DNA from: a phage
DNA length: 44,388 nucleotides
Reading direction: 5' to 3' (one strand)
Sequence record: PX136376.1
Part shown: positions 15,799 to 26,473 of the stretch, one piece after another
Layout of the letters: every line of letters starts with the position of its first letter
Position numbering within the stretch: position 1 is the stretch's first letter
Program-made: the position numbers and the translations under genes
The notes under the pieces: generated by a model
The model's database searches: none
What the model was told of the DNA's origin: nothing
The model's input: the letters and a program-made list of their open reading frames with translations, nothing else

Positions 15799-18103
15799 TA
15801 CGGCTTCCCTAATTGCCAGAGTAAAAACAGAAGGCGCTGATGTAGCCGCTAAACAGCTTGACGCTATGGCGGCATCCGCAGACCGTGCGGACACATCCGT
15901 AAACAAACTAACGCCGGATGTTAATAAAGTAAACTCCGCTACGTCTAAAGCGGCTTCTGACGGTTTCGCTAAATTCCGTAACGCCGCCGGGCAGGTAGGC
16001 TTCCAGGTGCAGGACATGGTCGTCCAGTTGCAGTCCGGCACGTCTGCATTCGTAGCAATCGGGCAACAAGGCTCTCAGCTTGCGGGTGCTTTCGGCCCTG
16101 GTGGCGCGGTGCTCGGGGCTGTGATTGCTCTTGCTTCGGCAATCGGCGGTGTCCTGTACAAATCGCTAACCGAAGCAGAAGGCAGTTCAAAAGACCTCGA
16201 AGCCGCGCAGAAACAGTTAAAAGACACCTTCCAGCAAACGGCATCCGGTTCTCTTGAACTGACAGATGGCCTTATCCAGCTTACCCAAATCAGCAGAGAA
16301 GCAGCGGAGACTCAGCTTGCTCTGGCTAAGGCTAACGCGGACCTTATCGCGCAGCAAACCGCTAAAGCTGTTCGTGAAGATGCCGAATCATGGGAAACGT
16401 GGAAAGCCTCCACGGCATCGGCGATTAGCCAGTATGATGCATTAGTCTCTAAGGGCGCAGATGTAGGCGACACATTAGAAAAACTCGGCGGCACTTACGA
16501 GGGCAACATCGTAGGCGTCAACATGCTGGCGCAGAATATCGCGGAGCTTAGCAGTAAGTTCGGAGTTAACCGTGACCAGGCGCTGGAGATGATAGCGGCG
16601 CAGAGTGCGTTTAACAAAGAGCCAACCGCCGAGAATGCCCGTCGCATCGCCGATGTGTTTACCGACTGGCTCGGTAACACAAAACAGTTGAACCCGGAAC
16701 TTATCCGCCTGACGGACAACGCCAACAAGAACGCCACGGCACTGGAGAACGCGGAGAAGTCAGCAAACGCGGCGGCAGAGGCCCAAAAGAATCTTGGTCG
16801 CAACGTCAACTCAACCACGCAGAGATTCCAGGAACAGAACGAAGCTATCGTCAAAAACCAGCAAATCGCCATCTTAAGCGACCGTGAGCGTATCCGGGCG
16901 CAAGCTGAACTTGATAAACAGGCGTTCGCTAAACGTGAAGCCGTCACCAAAGAACAGATAGCCGCGTATAATGCGGCCCGCGACGCGGAAGCGCAGCAAG
17001 ACATCGCCCGCATTGACAAGGCCGAGAAAGAGAAGGCCGACCGCGAGGCTAAATCGAACGAGGAACGTCTGGCGGCACAAGCCAAACGCGAAGAAATAGC
17101 GGCACAACGTCAGAAAAAAGCGGCGGAAGATTTCCTGGCTACTGTCGACCGCACAACCGGAGATGAGATTTCGCGCATTACCGCTGCGGAAGAACAGAAA
17201 CTGGCGAAACTGGAGGAGTTCAACCGCGCCGGAACGATAAGCCAGCAGCAGTATGAAAACGCCAAAACTCAAATTATGCTCACAGCCGAGCAGGCCAGAC
17301 AGGAAGAACTGGATAAGAAAAGAAAAGAGCAGCAGGAAAAGCAGCAGAAAGGCGAGGACTTCATGGCACAGATTATGGGTCAGAACGCTACTGAGCTTGA
17401 GCTTCTCGACATCCAGGAACAGCAGAAACTGGAGGTAGCGGATAAGTACCGTGAGCAGGGGCTTATTAGTGAGAAGCAGTACCAGGCGGCGCTTAACGCC
17501 ATCAATGAGCAGTATGCTACGAAGCGTGCCGACGCAACGGCAACCGCCTTCGGTAACATGGCTTCAAACATCGGTTCGGCTTTGGGCGAGGCTTCTGGCG
17601 CGTATAAGGCATTCGCTATCGTACAGGCCACTATCGCCACGTACACCGCGGCTATCGAGGCGTACAAGTCCACAGCGGCTATCCCTGTAGTTGGTCCGTT
17701 CCTGGCTCCTGTAGCTGCCGCCGCTGCCGTTGGGGCGGGTATGGCGCAGATTTCCGCTATCAGGTCCGCACGTGAACAGGGCGGACAGTTATCAGCCGGG
17801 CAGGCTTCCACCATCGCTGAACGTGGTAAACCAGAAGTTATCATGCCCGCTGGTGCGTCACGTGTACGCACCGCACAGCAGATGAAAGAAATTATGGGGC
17901 AAAACGGGTCTTCTTCCGGCCCATCTAATGTTACCATTGTAAATAATACATCGAGTCAGATTGGCAACGTATCCACCGAGCAGGATGATGAAGGCCGTCT
18001 GCGTATCATCATAGAAGAGCAAGTTGCTGCATCTTTGCAGAACAGCAACAGTAAGATTAGCAAGGCCCGCAAGGCCACAAGAAACGCGCCGGGGTTTAAA
18101 TAA
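15791..18103 (+). CDS. tail tape measure protein
   Basis: ~770 aa, Ala/Gln/Glu-rich coiled coil with Gly/Ala-rich hydrophobic segments; RBS gagggcagag before ATG 15791; follows G/T chaperones. Confidence 0.85.
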   Translation: MADTASLIARVKTEGADVAAKQLDAMAASADRADTSVNKLTPDVNKVNSATSKAASDGFAKFRNAAGQVGFQVQDMVVQLQSGTSAFVAIGQQGSQLAGAFGPGGAVLGAVIALASAIGGVLYKSLTEAEGSSKDLEAAQKQLKDTFQQTASGSLELTDGLIQLTQISREAAETQLALAKANADLIAQQTAKAVREDAESWETWKASTASAISQYDALVSKGADVGDTLEKLGGTYEGNIVGVNMLAQNIAELSSKFGVNRDQALEMIAAQSAFNKEPTAENARRIADVFTDWLGNTKQLNPELIRLTDNANKNATALENAEKSANAAAEAQKNLGRNVNSTTQRFQEQNEAIVKNQQIAILSDRERIRAQAELDKQAFAKREAVTKEQIAAYNAARDAEAQQDIARIDKAEKEKADREAKSNEERLAAQAKREEIAAQRQKKAAEDFLATVDRTTGDEISRITAAEEQKLAKLEEFNRAGTISQQQYENAKTQIMLTAEQARQEELDKKRKEQQEKQQKGEDFMAQIMGQNATELELLDIQEQQKLEVADKYREQGLISEKQYQAALNAINEQYATKRADATATAFGNMASNIGSALGEASGAYKAFAIVQATIATYTAAIEAYKSTAAIPVVGPFLAPVAAAAAVGAGMAQISAIRSAREQGGQLSAGQASTIAERGKPEVIMPAGASRVRTAQQMKEIMGQNGSSSGPSNVTIVNNTSSQIGNVSTEQDDEGRLRIIIEEQVAASLQNSNSKISKARKATRNAPGFK

Positions 18104-19503
18104 TGAGCGACTTATATTTCCCACGTAGCCTTAAGCCGGTGGTATCGAAAGGCTACTCAATGACCAGACGTAACAACGTCTGGAGTGTAGATTTAGCTGG
18201 TGGCGGTGTACGTCAGGGGCGCGACACGTATTACGACGTGTTCCCGATAAGCGTAACTCTGATTACATCGGCACTGGGACGGCAGGCGTTTCTGTCGTTC
18301 CTCGAAAAAGTAGACGGCGGTGCGTCAAGTTTCTGGATGGCGCACGACTTCGGCATGGGTATTGAAGATTATCAGGTAACCATCACGTCCACCATCGCGG
18401 AGTCCACCGAAGATGGCATTAACTGGACGATTACTTTCACGGCAACCGCCGAGAAATCCCCGTTCCAGGACCTCGAGAACCAGTGTCTTGTCAATAATCT
18501 GCCGGATTTGTATGGTTGCTATGGTGACGGGCTGGGGTGTTTCCTGAAAATATACGCGAACTATGAGACAACGTTCCCGCGAATCTGGAGTAATGAAGGC
18601 CCTGCCGGATATCCGCCGATTAACCTTCTGGCGTCGACTCTTGATAGCCGCATTGTGTATGAAGGGCCGCAGGTTTATTACATCAACCGCAACGGCAATC
18701 TTGTGCAGTCCGCCACTAATGAATGGCCTCTTACGTTTATCGATGGAGTTGCTGTTGGGCGTGTACCACCGGAAAAGGCGGCTACCAATGTGGTAGAACA
18801 TTCTAACAACTTACTATCTACATCATTTTCGCGCACCAGAACAACAACTACGGCGAGTTCTTTGGCGTTATTCCAAGAAACTTATGCTGCTAAATTAACC
18901 GCAACGTCGGTATCAGGTAACCGTTATATAAACAAGGCAGAGGCCCCAGAACAAGAAACAAGATACTCTATTAGTGCTATTATAAAAGCAGATGAGTACC
19001 AGTCGGCAGCGGTAGCCATCGGCAACCGAGCCGCTTTAGATAATTTCCAGTATGCCTATGTTGACTTAGCCTCCGGCTATTTGATATCAGGCGACACCTC
19101 AAGGTCGTTCGTAAGCAATCTTGGTGGTGGGTGGTATCACGTTTCAATGTCAGCGGACACTAACGACTCCGGCGGATTGATTTATTCGCAGATAAACATG
19201 TTGTCTCCGTCTAACTCCCTCACCTTCACAGGGGATGATGTCAGTGGGTTCATTATAGCCCTAATCCAGATGGAGCCTTCAGAGTTTGCCTCCTCCCCGA
19301 TAGTGACCGAGGAGTCACCGGTAACTCGTCCAACGGCATCAGCAAAAGTGGCAATGAACGGCGCGACAAGCATCGACATTACCTATTCCGACGGCTCTGT
19401 GGTAAACGTTCTGGCGGCAGATGATTACGCAACCATCCCGCAGGCTGATTCCGCGTGGGGTAGCAAGTACATCACTCGTATTGATTTTAATGTGGACGGT
19501 TAA
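18103..19503 (+). CDS. minor tail protein with lambda gpM-like N-terminal domain
   Basis: N-terminal ...ISVTLITSALGRQAFLSFLEKVDGGASSFW resembles gpM pattern (recalled); long C-terminal extension. Confidence 0.5.
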   Translation: MSDLYFPRSLKPVVSKGYSMTRRNNVWSVDLAGGGVRQGRDTYYDVFPISVTLITSALGRQAFLSFLEKVDGGASSFWMAHDFGMGIEDYQVTITSTIAESTEDGINWTITFTATAEKSPFQDLENQCLVNNLPDLYGCYGDGLGCFLKIYANYETTFPRIWSNEGPAGYPPINLLASTLDSRIVYEGPQVYYINRNGNLVQSATNEWPLTFIDGVAVGRVPPEKAATNVVEHSNNLLSTSFSRTRTTTTASSLALFQETYAAKLTATSVSGNRYINKAEAPEQETRYSISAIIKADEYQSAAVAIGNRAALDNFQYAYVDLASGYLISGDTSRSFVSNLGGGWYHVSMSADTNDSGGLIYSQINMLSPSNSLTFTGDDVSGFIIALIQMEPSEFASSPIVTEESPVTRPTASAKVAMNGATSIDITYSDGSVVNVLAADDYATIPQADSAWGSKYITRIDFNVDG

Positions 19504-19506
19504 TTT

Positions 19507-20022
19507 ATGAGCCAGGAATCTGTAGAAGCCGCCTATCGCCGTAAGCTGGCCTCAAATCCCGACGGCGAGATGGACTACATCACGTTGCAAATCAGCCACC
19601 CGTTGTTGTCAAAGACGTACTATCTTGTTCGTGGGCTACAGGAACTCACGGCAACACTGGAGACAGGCGAAATTATCACGTTCGAGCCAACCCCGATGGA
19701 GGCGTCGGGGGCGGCTAACAACAGTGATATGGACCAGACGACTACGTTTACTTTACCGGATATTCTCAATCAACTTGACGATGAGATGGATAAAATCCCT
19801 ATGAGTAACACCGAGTTGCCGAAGTTCGTCTTCCGTCGTTACGTCAGCACAGACCTGTCTTATCCGGCTGACGGTCCTGTCATGTATGAGTTGCAGGCCA
19901 TCAACCAGGAGAAGGGCGAGTTCTCCGCGGATGTTGGTACACCTATGCTGAACCAGCGAAGCACTGGTATACTGATGACACCTAAAGAGATACCGTTATT
20001 ACGCGGCCTGTTGACCACATGA
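19507..20022 (+). CDS. minor tail protein (lambda gpL-like)
   Basis: 171 aa; position after gpM-like gene. Confidence 0.4.
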   Translation: MSQESVEAAYRRKLASNPDGEMDYITLQISHPLLSKTYYLVRGLQELTATLETGEIITFEPTPMEASGAANNSDMDQTTTFTLPDILNQLDDEMDKIPMSNTELPKFVFRRYVSTDLSYPADGPVMYELQAINQEKGEFSADVGTPMLNQRSTGILMTPKEIPLLRGLLTT

Positions 20023-20384
20023 ATATTAACGACTACACGGGCATACCTTACGACTTTCGCAAGCGCAATTGCTGGCATCACGTTCGCATTGTACGGGCCG
20101 ATGCCGGGTTAGAAACCCCGGCGTTCGACGTTACAAGCCCAACGGCGATTAACGAAGCGTTCGACGAAGGCCATCGTGACACGAAGGGGCTTACAAAAAT
20201 TGATAAGCCTGAAAACTTCTGTGCGGTTCTTATGGGGTATCGCCGTGGCGGTCGTATCGTGTGGCACGCGGGAGTTTACTTCGACGGGATGGTGAGTCAT
20301 TGCGAGCTTGCGTCCCGTCAGGTACGGCTTGACAGGCTGGCGGATCTCAGAGACACGTACACGGAGATTGAATTTTGGCGATAA
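20019..20384 (+). CDS. tail tip protein with NlpC/P60-like Cys-His signature (lambda gpK-like)
   Basis: 121 aa; NCWHHVR Cys-His motif; position between L-like and J-like genes. Confidence 0.45.
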   Translation: MNINDYTGIPYDFRKRNCWHHVRIVRADAGLETPAFDVTSPTAINEAFDEGHRDTKGLTKIDKPENFCAVLMGYRRGGRIVWHAGVYFDGMVSHCELASRQVRLDRLADLRDTYTEIEFWR

Positions 20385-22942
20385 TCCTGCACTACACGCG
20401 AAACGCTGATGGCGCTTTCAACCGTACAAAACACGTCGGGATGCCGATGGAGTTTGTCGTTAACCGTATCCCGGACGGCGTTCCGGTACGCGTCTATCTT
20501 GGCGAGATTGGTGATGATACTGATGTTACAGACGACTTCGACGCGCTCAAAGACGAGGACGCCGTGTACCACATTATTGAGGGCGCTGGCGGCGGCATTG
20601 GCGACGCCATCGGGAGTGTATTCAGTTTCATCCTTAAGCCAATCGCCAAATTGTTCGGGCTAAACACAGCGGCTAACGCTAATTATTCCGCTACCAACAA
20701 TCAGGCTACGTCGCCTAACAACAGTCTCACCGACCGCTCAAACAAGCCACGACCTTATGAGCGTTCCTATGATATCTGCGGGACAGTGCAGACCATCCCC
20801 AATGACCTGATGCAGACATATAAGGTGTTTAATGCCGCGGGTGCGCTTATTGAATATGCGTACTATGACGCCGGTCGAGGGTATCTGCATATTGAGGAAG
20901 ACGGTGTAACTGAGGCAGATACCCGAATCAGCGAGATAACTGGCTCGTCGGTGACGGTGTATTCTCCTTACACTTCGCCGAATAACACCAGCACACCACA
21001 ATTGCATATCGGCGACCCTATAGACCAGAAATTGTACGTTACATTTAAAAACGCCGATGTCGATGGCGCTGTTCTTCCCGCCCCTAATGATATCGCTATA
21101 GACGTGCAGGACTACACTGTCCAGCGGCAGGGAACAACCGGCGTTGTAGTAGGCGATGACGCTGGTTTCGATGAGTTTTTGGCGGTCGGGGACCTGGCAT
21201 ACTTCGATAACGTATATGCAGATACAACCCCAGGGTCTTTGGGTAATGAGGTTAACCTGGACGGGAGGTACACGGTTCTTTCGGTTAGTGAAACCACCCT
21301 TATTGTGGACGTCAGTACAAATCAATCAGTATGGAACCAGCTAGGGGCGTCTGTGTGGTTTATAGGTGAAGAGGGTAACCATCTTATAGGCCCGGCGGAC
21401 ACTTACGCGGCTTCTCTCTCTGAATGGGCGTACATCACCCGCGGTACTGTCGACCGTGTTGTAGCCAATGTCGCCGCCAGCAACGGCATGTATAAATACA
21501 ACGGCGACTATAACCGCGCTTCAGTGACAGTGGAACTGCAATACCAGATGGTTGATGAGCTGAAACAGCCTGTAGGTGATATATTTACTGTACAAGGAAC
21601 CGTAACAGGCCGGAACACGGATTACACAGGTATTACTCTTTACGGAAGTTTACCAACTGCTTCCAGATTCCGCGCCCGTATGCGTCGTGTTTCCGACACC
21701 GATAAAGATTTTGAAGGTACTGTTAGTGATGAGGTTACTTTCACTAATCTGTACGGGCAGTCTCTGGACACAACCCCACACTACGGCAACAGAACCACCG
21801 TACACTGCGCTCGTAAACAAACGCCACGTGCCGCGGAGGTGTCAGAACCGGAACTGCGCATGATTGCTACCGAGATGTGCTACAAATACTTAGGTAACGG
21901 CGTATTCGATACGGTAATGACACCGAACACTCAGGCCGTGCAGTCGCTAATCAGGCTGGCGCGTGACCCTGTGGTGGGTAACCTGGAACTGACAACGGCA
22001 AATATGGACAAGTTACTTGCCGTGCAGGAAGAAATTGAGTCGTATTTTGACAGTGAATTAGCCGGGCAGTTCTGCTACACATTCGACGACTACGACACAA
22101 CCATGCAAGACATCGTTCAGACCATCGCGGAAGCCGTGTTTTGTACGGCATACCGTAAAGGTGCTGATATTATGCTGCGATTCGACCGTCCTGTTGCGGG
22201 GCCTGAGATGGTTTTCACCCACCGCAGCAAAACGACCGGTACGGAGAAATGGACGCGCACGTTCAACGATTCGACAACCTACGATAGCCTGTCGTTCTCG
22301 TACATTGACCCGGATACAAACGTACAGGAGACGATTTATATCCCGGAAGAACTCGGCGCGAACACCGAGGAGTACGAATCGAAGGGTGTACGTAACTATC
22401 AGCAAGCGTACTGGCTGGCGTGGCGTCGCTACCAGCGCAATGCGTTAAGTAAAGTTGTCGTAGAGTTCGAAGCTACCGAAGAAGGCGCTCTAGCTACTCC
22501 CGGCGGCGTAATCAGCGTGGTTAAAGGCTCCCGCATCGCGCCGCAGGATGGTTATGTTGTCGCCGTTAATGGGCTTACGCTTACGCTGTCGCAGCCGGTT
22601 ACGTTTACTCCTGGTGATGACCATTCCATCATTCTTAAGAAGCGCGACGGCTCTGTGCAGAGTATTTCTGTTATCAAAGGAAGCCACGACCGCGAAGTGA
22701 TTATGCTCTCCGCGCCGGAGGAGGCAATCTACACGGGGAATAGTGCGCTAAAAACTGAGTTTTCATTCGGCAACGAAGCAAGGCATAATGCTCAGAAGAT
22801 AGTTGTTTCTTCAATCGACCCCGGCGACGACCGCACGGTCAAGATTACGGGCTACAACTATGATGACGGATTCTATAAATACGACGGCGTCGCGCCATAC
22901 GGCAGCGGTTTCTCCGACGGATTCAGCAATGGTTTTAATTAA
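20375..22942 (+). CDS. tail tip / central fibre protein (gpI+gpJ-like host specificity protein)
   Basis: 855-aa ORF; largest tail gene after tape measure; start uncertain (frame opens with TTG at 20375, first in-frame ATG at 20441). Confidence 0.55.
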   Translation: MAIILHYTRNADGAFNRTKHVGMPMEFVVNRIPDGVPVRVYLGEIGDDTDVTDDFDALKDEDAVYHIIEGAGGGIGDAIGSVFSFILKPIAKLFGLNTAANANYSATNNQATSPNNSLTDRSNKPRPYERSYDICGTVQTIPNDLMQTYKVFNAAGALIEYAYYDAGRGYLHIEEDGVTEADTRISEITGSSVTVYSPYTSPNNTSTPQLHIGDPIDQKLYVTFKNADVDGAVLPAPNDIAIDVQDYTVQRQGTTGVVVGDDAGFDEFLAVGDLAYFDNVYADTTPGSLGNEVNLDGRYTVLSVSETTLIVDVSTNQSVWNQLGASVWFIGEEGNHLIGPADTYAASLSEWAYITRGTVDRVVANVAASNGMYKYNGDYNRASVTVELQYQMVDELKQPVGDIFTVQGTVTGRNTDYTGITLYGSLPTASRFRARMRRVSDTDKDFEGTVSDEVTFTNLYGQSLDTTPHYGNRTTVHCARKQTPRAAEVSEPELRMIATEMCYKYLGNGVFDTVMTPNTQAVQSLIRLARDPVVGNLELTTANMDKLLAVQEEIESYFDSELAGQFCYTFDDYDTTMQDIVQTIAEAVFCTAYRKGADIMLRFDRPVAGPEMVFTHRSKTTGTEKWTRTFNDSTTYDSLSFSYIDPDTNVQETIYIPEELGANTEEYESKGVRNYQQAYWLAWRRYQRNALSKVVVEFEATEEGALATPGGVISVVKGSRIAPQDGYVVAVNGLTLTLSQPVTFTPGDDHSIILKKRDGSVQSISVIKGSHDREVIMLSAPEEAIYTGNSALKTEFSFGNEARHNAQKIVVSSIDPGDDRTVKITGYNYDDGFYKYDGVAPYGSGFSDGFSNGFN

Positions 22943-22954
22943 AGAGGACTCTAT

Positions 22955-24886
22955 ATGTCAAGCGGATGTGGTGACGTTTTAAGCCTGGCGGATTTACAAA
23001 CCGCCAAGAAACACCAAATTTTTGAAGCCGAGGTTATCACCGGTAAAGCTGGCGGTGTAGCTACGGGTGCTGATATCGATTACGCGACAAATCAGGTTAC
23101 AGGGCAGACTCAGAAGACGCTCCCGGCCGTGTTGCGTGACGCCGGGTTCAGACCTGCGCCATTCACATTCGAAACAGGTGGGACTTTGGGCGTTAACGAC
23201 GCTGACCTGGCGGTGTTGTGGCCAGGGCCATCAGGCGACGGCAACTATTATGCATGGAAAGGTGCCCTGCCAAAAACCATCCCGGCATCTTCAACCCCGG
23301 CGTCTACGGGCGGAGTAGGCCAGACCGCATGGGTTGCCGTTAGTGAAGCTGCATTGCGCCGTGATTTGGCCCTAAGCACTGGCGCAGGGCTAGTCGGTAC
23401 GTCTTCGGGTCGCACAGTGCAAGGCGAGGTTGACCATTTCAAAATAGGGTATATGACACCCGATGATTTCGGCGCGGTGGGTGATGGTGTTACCGACGAC
23501 ACCGCGCCTTTGCAACAGGCTATTGACTATTGCTCAAGCAACGGTATCGCGTTAAGAATCCCCGCAAAATCTTATGTTTGGAATGGCGGTATTATAACTT
23601 CACCCGTAACAATAATCGGTGACAGACGTCCTGATTACAATCTTAGCTCCAATTCTATGTCTAACGGGTCTGTTATAATTGGCAATTTAAGATTTTCCGC
23701 AAGCCAGGTGATTATTAAGTCACTTGGTGTGCGTAGGCCTACAGGCTCCCCAGGAGATTGTCTGGTGTTATCGACCGATAACTATGCTGGTGGGTCTTGT
23801 ATTGTTCAAGATGTAGTTGCCGCGGGCCTTTCCGGTTCGGACACGTACCACAGCGTTCTTGTTGAAGGCTACGATTCCGCGCATGTATCTCAAATAACTG
23901 GCGGTTATAATCTTTTTGGCCTCGCGATTAAGTCAAGAAACGTTGTTGCCAGAGGCGTAATAACCGTAAGCTGTGATACTGGCGTTATCATTAAATCTGA
24001 TAGTGAGTTCAGCACGGCAAAAAATGTGGTGCTGGACGGGCACATTAATGTCGGTAATGGTGTTTCTAGTCAAGGTGTTTGGATTTACAGCACAACCGCA
24101 CAACTTGAGCGTATTACCTGCGCAAACTTACAAAGCATCGATTCCGCTATACATATGCGGATTAAGTCCGAAAACGTAGCTAATGACGTGCAAATTGTTG
24201 GGGCAAATTATTCAGGATCTACTTATGCGGATGTGCTCGTCGAAGGCACTTCGGCTGGCACGTTGTACAATGTTAGTTTAGATAGTATAACCGCAGTAAA
24301 TAGCCAGAAATTTATGGCTGCAGGTTTCTGTGAACAACTGATGGTAACAGGATTCTATGGGTCCCTGAAACCTGGCGCTCCCGCCGATACTGCGTTTGAG
24401 GTTAGCGCCGCCGTAGGGCTTTTTAGCGGGTCAAATATCCAACTAGTCCGTCAATACAGCAGTGACCTAATGACAATGAATCTCGGTAACAGTTATCTTA
24501 ATAATAGATTATCATCTGTTAAGGCGAAAGTAATAGGAAACGGCAAACCTAGGCCGGGGTATAAAGAACAGAATCTTAGCGGCGCTGCGGCTACAATGAT
24601 TGTTGGCGACAGTTTGGGGCCCTCTGGGGTTGTGTCTGTCACCGCGATATCCGCCGGCAGTTCATTCAGCAGTATTGCTATTAATGACGACTATGGTCAG
24701 CCGGTTAAGCCAGGTTTTCTTCTAATAATCCGAAACGCATCCGCTATCTCGTTCGTTATGAACCATAATCCAGGGTCTGGTGGAATCGCAAATAACGGGG
24801 CGGTTGGTAAGACCATTGCGGGCGGAGACACTATAATGTACGTTTTTGACGGGACGAATTGGCGTCAAACTCCATCTATAGCTTAA
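22955..24886 (+). CDS. tailspike / polysaccharide depolymerase with pectate-lyase-like beta-helix
   Basis: 643 aa; FGAVGDGVTDDTAPLQQAIDY motif typical of the pectate-lyase superfamily; RBS aagagga; last gene of structural operon. Confidence 0.75.
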   Translation: MSSGCGDVLSLADLQTAKKHQIFEAEVITGKAGGVATGADIDYATNQVTGQTQKTLPAVLRDAGFRPAPFTFETGGTLGVNDADLAVLWPGPSGDGNYYAWKGALPKTIPASSTPASTGGVGQTAWVAVSEAALRRDLALSTGAGLVGTSSGRTVQGEVDHFKIGYMTPDDFGAVGDGVTDDTAPLQQAIDYCSSNGIALRIPAKSYVWNGGIITSPVTIIGDRRPDYNLSSNSMSNGSVIIGNLRFSASQVIIKSLGVRRPTGSPGDCLVLSTDNYAGGSCIVQDVVAAGLSGSDTYHSVLVEGYDSAHVSQITGGYNLFGLAIKSRNVVARGVITVSCDTGVIIKSDSEFSTAKNVVLDGHINVGNGVSSQGVWIYSTTAQLERITCANLQSIDSAIHMRIKSENVANDVQIVGANYSGSTYADVLVEGTSAGTLYNVSLDSITAVNSQKFMAAGFCEQLMVTGFYGSLKPGAPADTAFEVSAAVGLFSGSNIQLVRQYSSDLMTMNLGNSYLNNRLSSVKAKVIGNGKPRPGYKEQNLSGAAATMIVGDSLGPSGVVSVTAISAGSSFSSIAINDDYGQPVKPGFLLIIRNASAISFVMNHNPGSGGIANNGAVGKTIAGGDTIMYVFDGTNWRQTPSIA

Positions 24887-24916
24887 AACTAAGGCCCCAA
24901 ACGGGGCCTTTTCTCT
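24887..24916. terminator. bidirectional rho-independent terminator (family copy 3)
   Basis: AAGGCCCC-AAAC-GGGGCCTT followed by TTCTCT; convergence point of structural and replication modules. Confidence 0.65.
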
Positions 24917-25052
24917 ACTCTTCTGATAACTTCTCCAGCACAAACGCCAGTTGCGCATTAGCGGCGTCTCTTTGCTGCCGTAGTCGTAGAACCTCTTCTT
25001 CCAGTTCCTTGATACGTTTTTGCAATGCTGGAATCGGGGCTATGATGTTCAT
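24915..25052 (-). CDS. small coiled-coil protein (45 aa)
   Basis: MNIIAPIPALQKRIKELEEEVLRLRQQRDAANAQLAFVLEKLSEE; start overlaps helicase stop (ATGA); below ORF-track cutoff. Confidence 0.35.
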   Translation of the reverse strand: MNIIAPIPALQKRIKELEEEVLRLRQQRDAANAQLAFVLEKLSEE

Positions 25053-26473
25053 TTCTTACCTCGTCTCTTCATGTAGTTAAGCAACTCTTCCTGTACCGAT
25101 TTCTTCTCGTCGGTACGCGCGGCAACAACCTCGTCCAGCGTGTCTTTAGCGACTATGTGATAAAGGAACACCGGGCGCTCGTGCCCAGCTTGTTTCTGGC
25201 GAACAGGGCCGATGCGCTCGACAACCTGCAAATAGTGCTCAAGATTCCAGCCTTGTGAAATAAACGCCAGATGATGGCCGCCGTCCTGTAAATTCAAACC
25301 ATGCCCGGCTGACGCAGGGTGTACGCATAAGATTTCTATTTCGCCGCGGTTCCACGCTTCCATCTGCTTATTACCCTTCGCGCCTTTGGAAAACGCCTGC
25401 GCCTGTGGGAATCGCTTAAGGATGCGCTCAAGTTCGTGCTTGAACTGATAGGCGACCAGCAACGGCGCGCCCTGCAACTCCTCCACAATTGACTCCAGCG
25501 CATCAAGTTTCGTGTCGTGCACTTTCTCCCATTCTTTGGTTGATTCGCCATCTGGCCCCGATACATACACGGCACCGGAGGCAATCTGTAGGCACTTCGA
25601 CGTCTTCGCCGCAGCGTTAGCCGCTTCAACTTCTCCGCTTTCCAGTTCCGCGAATAACTTCTCCTCCATATCGATGTACGCCTGACGTGCTTTCTTCGGC
25701 AGGTCGATTTCAACCGGCACAATAATCGGCGCTTCACACCCGAACCACTCGGCGGCGTCAATCGTGAGACTAATGTCCTTCATCTTCTGGTGGATTTCAG
25801 TATCCGCACCCGGGCGGGCGTGGTATTCGCGCGCCATAGCAGATTTGCCTTTCTGCACCGAGTTAAACCAGCGGTCGGTGAATGCCGTGTACGAAGAACC
25901 GAGGCGCTCGCCCGCGTCGATAAACCAGTTCTGTCCCCACAAGTCCTTGAGGCCGTTAGGCGATGGTGTACCTGTCAGGTTGATAAAACGCTTAACCTTT
26001 CCGAACGCCACTCTACTAAGCGCCTTCGCCCGCTTGCTGCCGCCTGAACGGCTGCGGAATGACTTCAGTTTCGTGCTTTCATCGGCAACGATAACGGTAA
26101 AAGGCCAGTCGTCTTTGCCGTAGTAGTCAATCAACCACTCTATTACCTCATAGTTCGTGCACACCACGTTAGCATCTGACTCCAGCGCCGCGATGCGGCG
26201 CTTCTCTGAACCGGTCGCGTCTACGACACGCAGACATGGGAAATTCCATTTAGTTTGTTCCGCCGGCCATGTGCCTGATGCAACGCGCAACGGGGCGAGG
26301 ATTAACACGCGGTCCTCTTCTGTAAGCTGCCCGTTGCGGAACAGTCGGTTTAATGTCCACAGTACGCTGCCAGTCTTCCCGGCGCCCATGCTCGCCCAAA
26401 TATTACAGCGATGGTGCCGCAACATGAACGAAGTCATTAGCTTCTGGTATTCGCGCCTTTGAAACTTACTCAT
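25049..26473 (-). CDS. superfamily-2 DNA helicase (DEAD/SNF2-like)
   Basis: Walker A GAGKTG, motif II VADEST, LTGTP motif; 474 aa. Confidence 0.8.
   Translation of the reverse strand: MSKFQRREYQKLMTSFMLRHHRCNIWASMGAGKTGSVLWTLNRLFRNGQLTEEDRVLILAPLRVASGTWPAEQTKWNFPCLRVVDATGSEKRRIAALESDANVVCTNYEVIEWLIDYYGKDDWPFTVIVADESTKLKSFRSRSGGSKRAKALSRVAFGKVKRFINLTGTPSPNGLKDLWGQNWFIDAGERLGSSYTAFTDRWFNSVQKGKSAMAREYHARPGADTEIHQKMKDISLTIDAAEWFGCEAPIIVPVEIDLPKKARQAYIDMEEKLFAELESGEVEAANAAAKTSKCLQIASGAVYVSGPDGESTKEWEKVHDTKLDALESIVEELQGAPLLVAYQFKHELERILKRFPQAQAFSKGAKGNKQMEAWNRGEIEILCVHPASAGHGLNLQDGGHHLAFISQGWNLEHYLQVVERIGPVRQKQAGHERPVFLYHIVAKDTLDEVVAARTDEKKSVQEELLNYMKRRGKK

Noticed and set aside
16495-17085. 196-aa minus-strand ORF (and others at 15969-16244, 17380-17937) inside the tape measure gene
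   Set aside because: Antisense shadow ORFs within the Ala-rich tape measure coding region; Ser/Ala/Cys-rich low-complexity products.
20738-21325. 195-aa minus-strand ORF inside the J-like tail gene
   Set aside because: Antisense to a long, well-supported tail gene; no start context.
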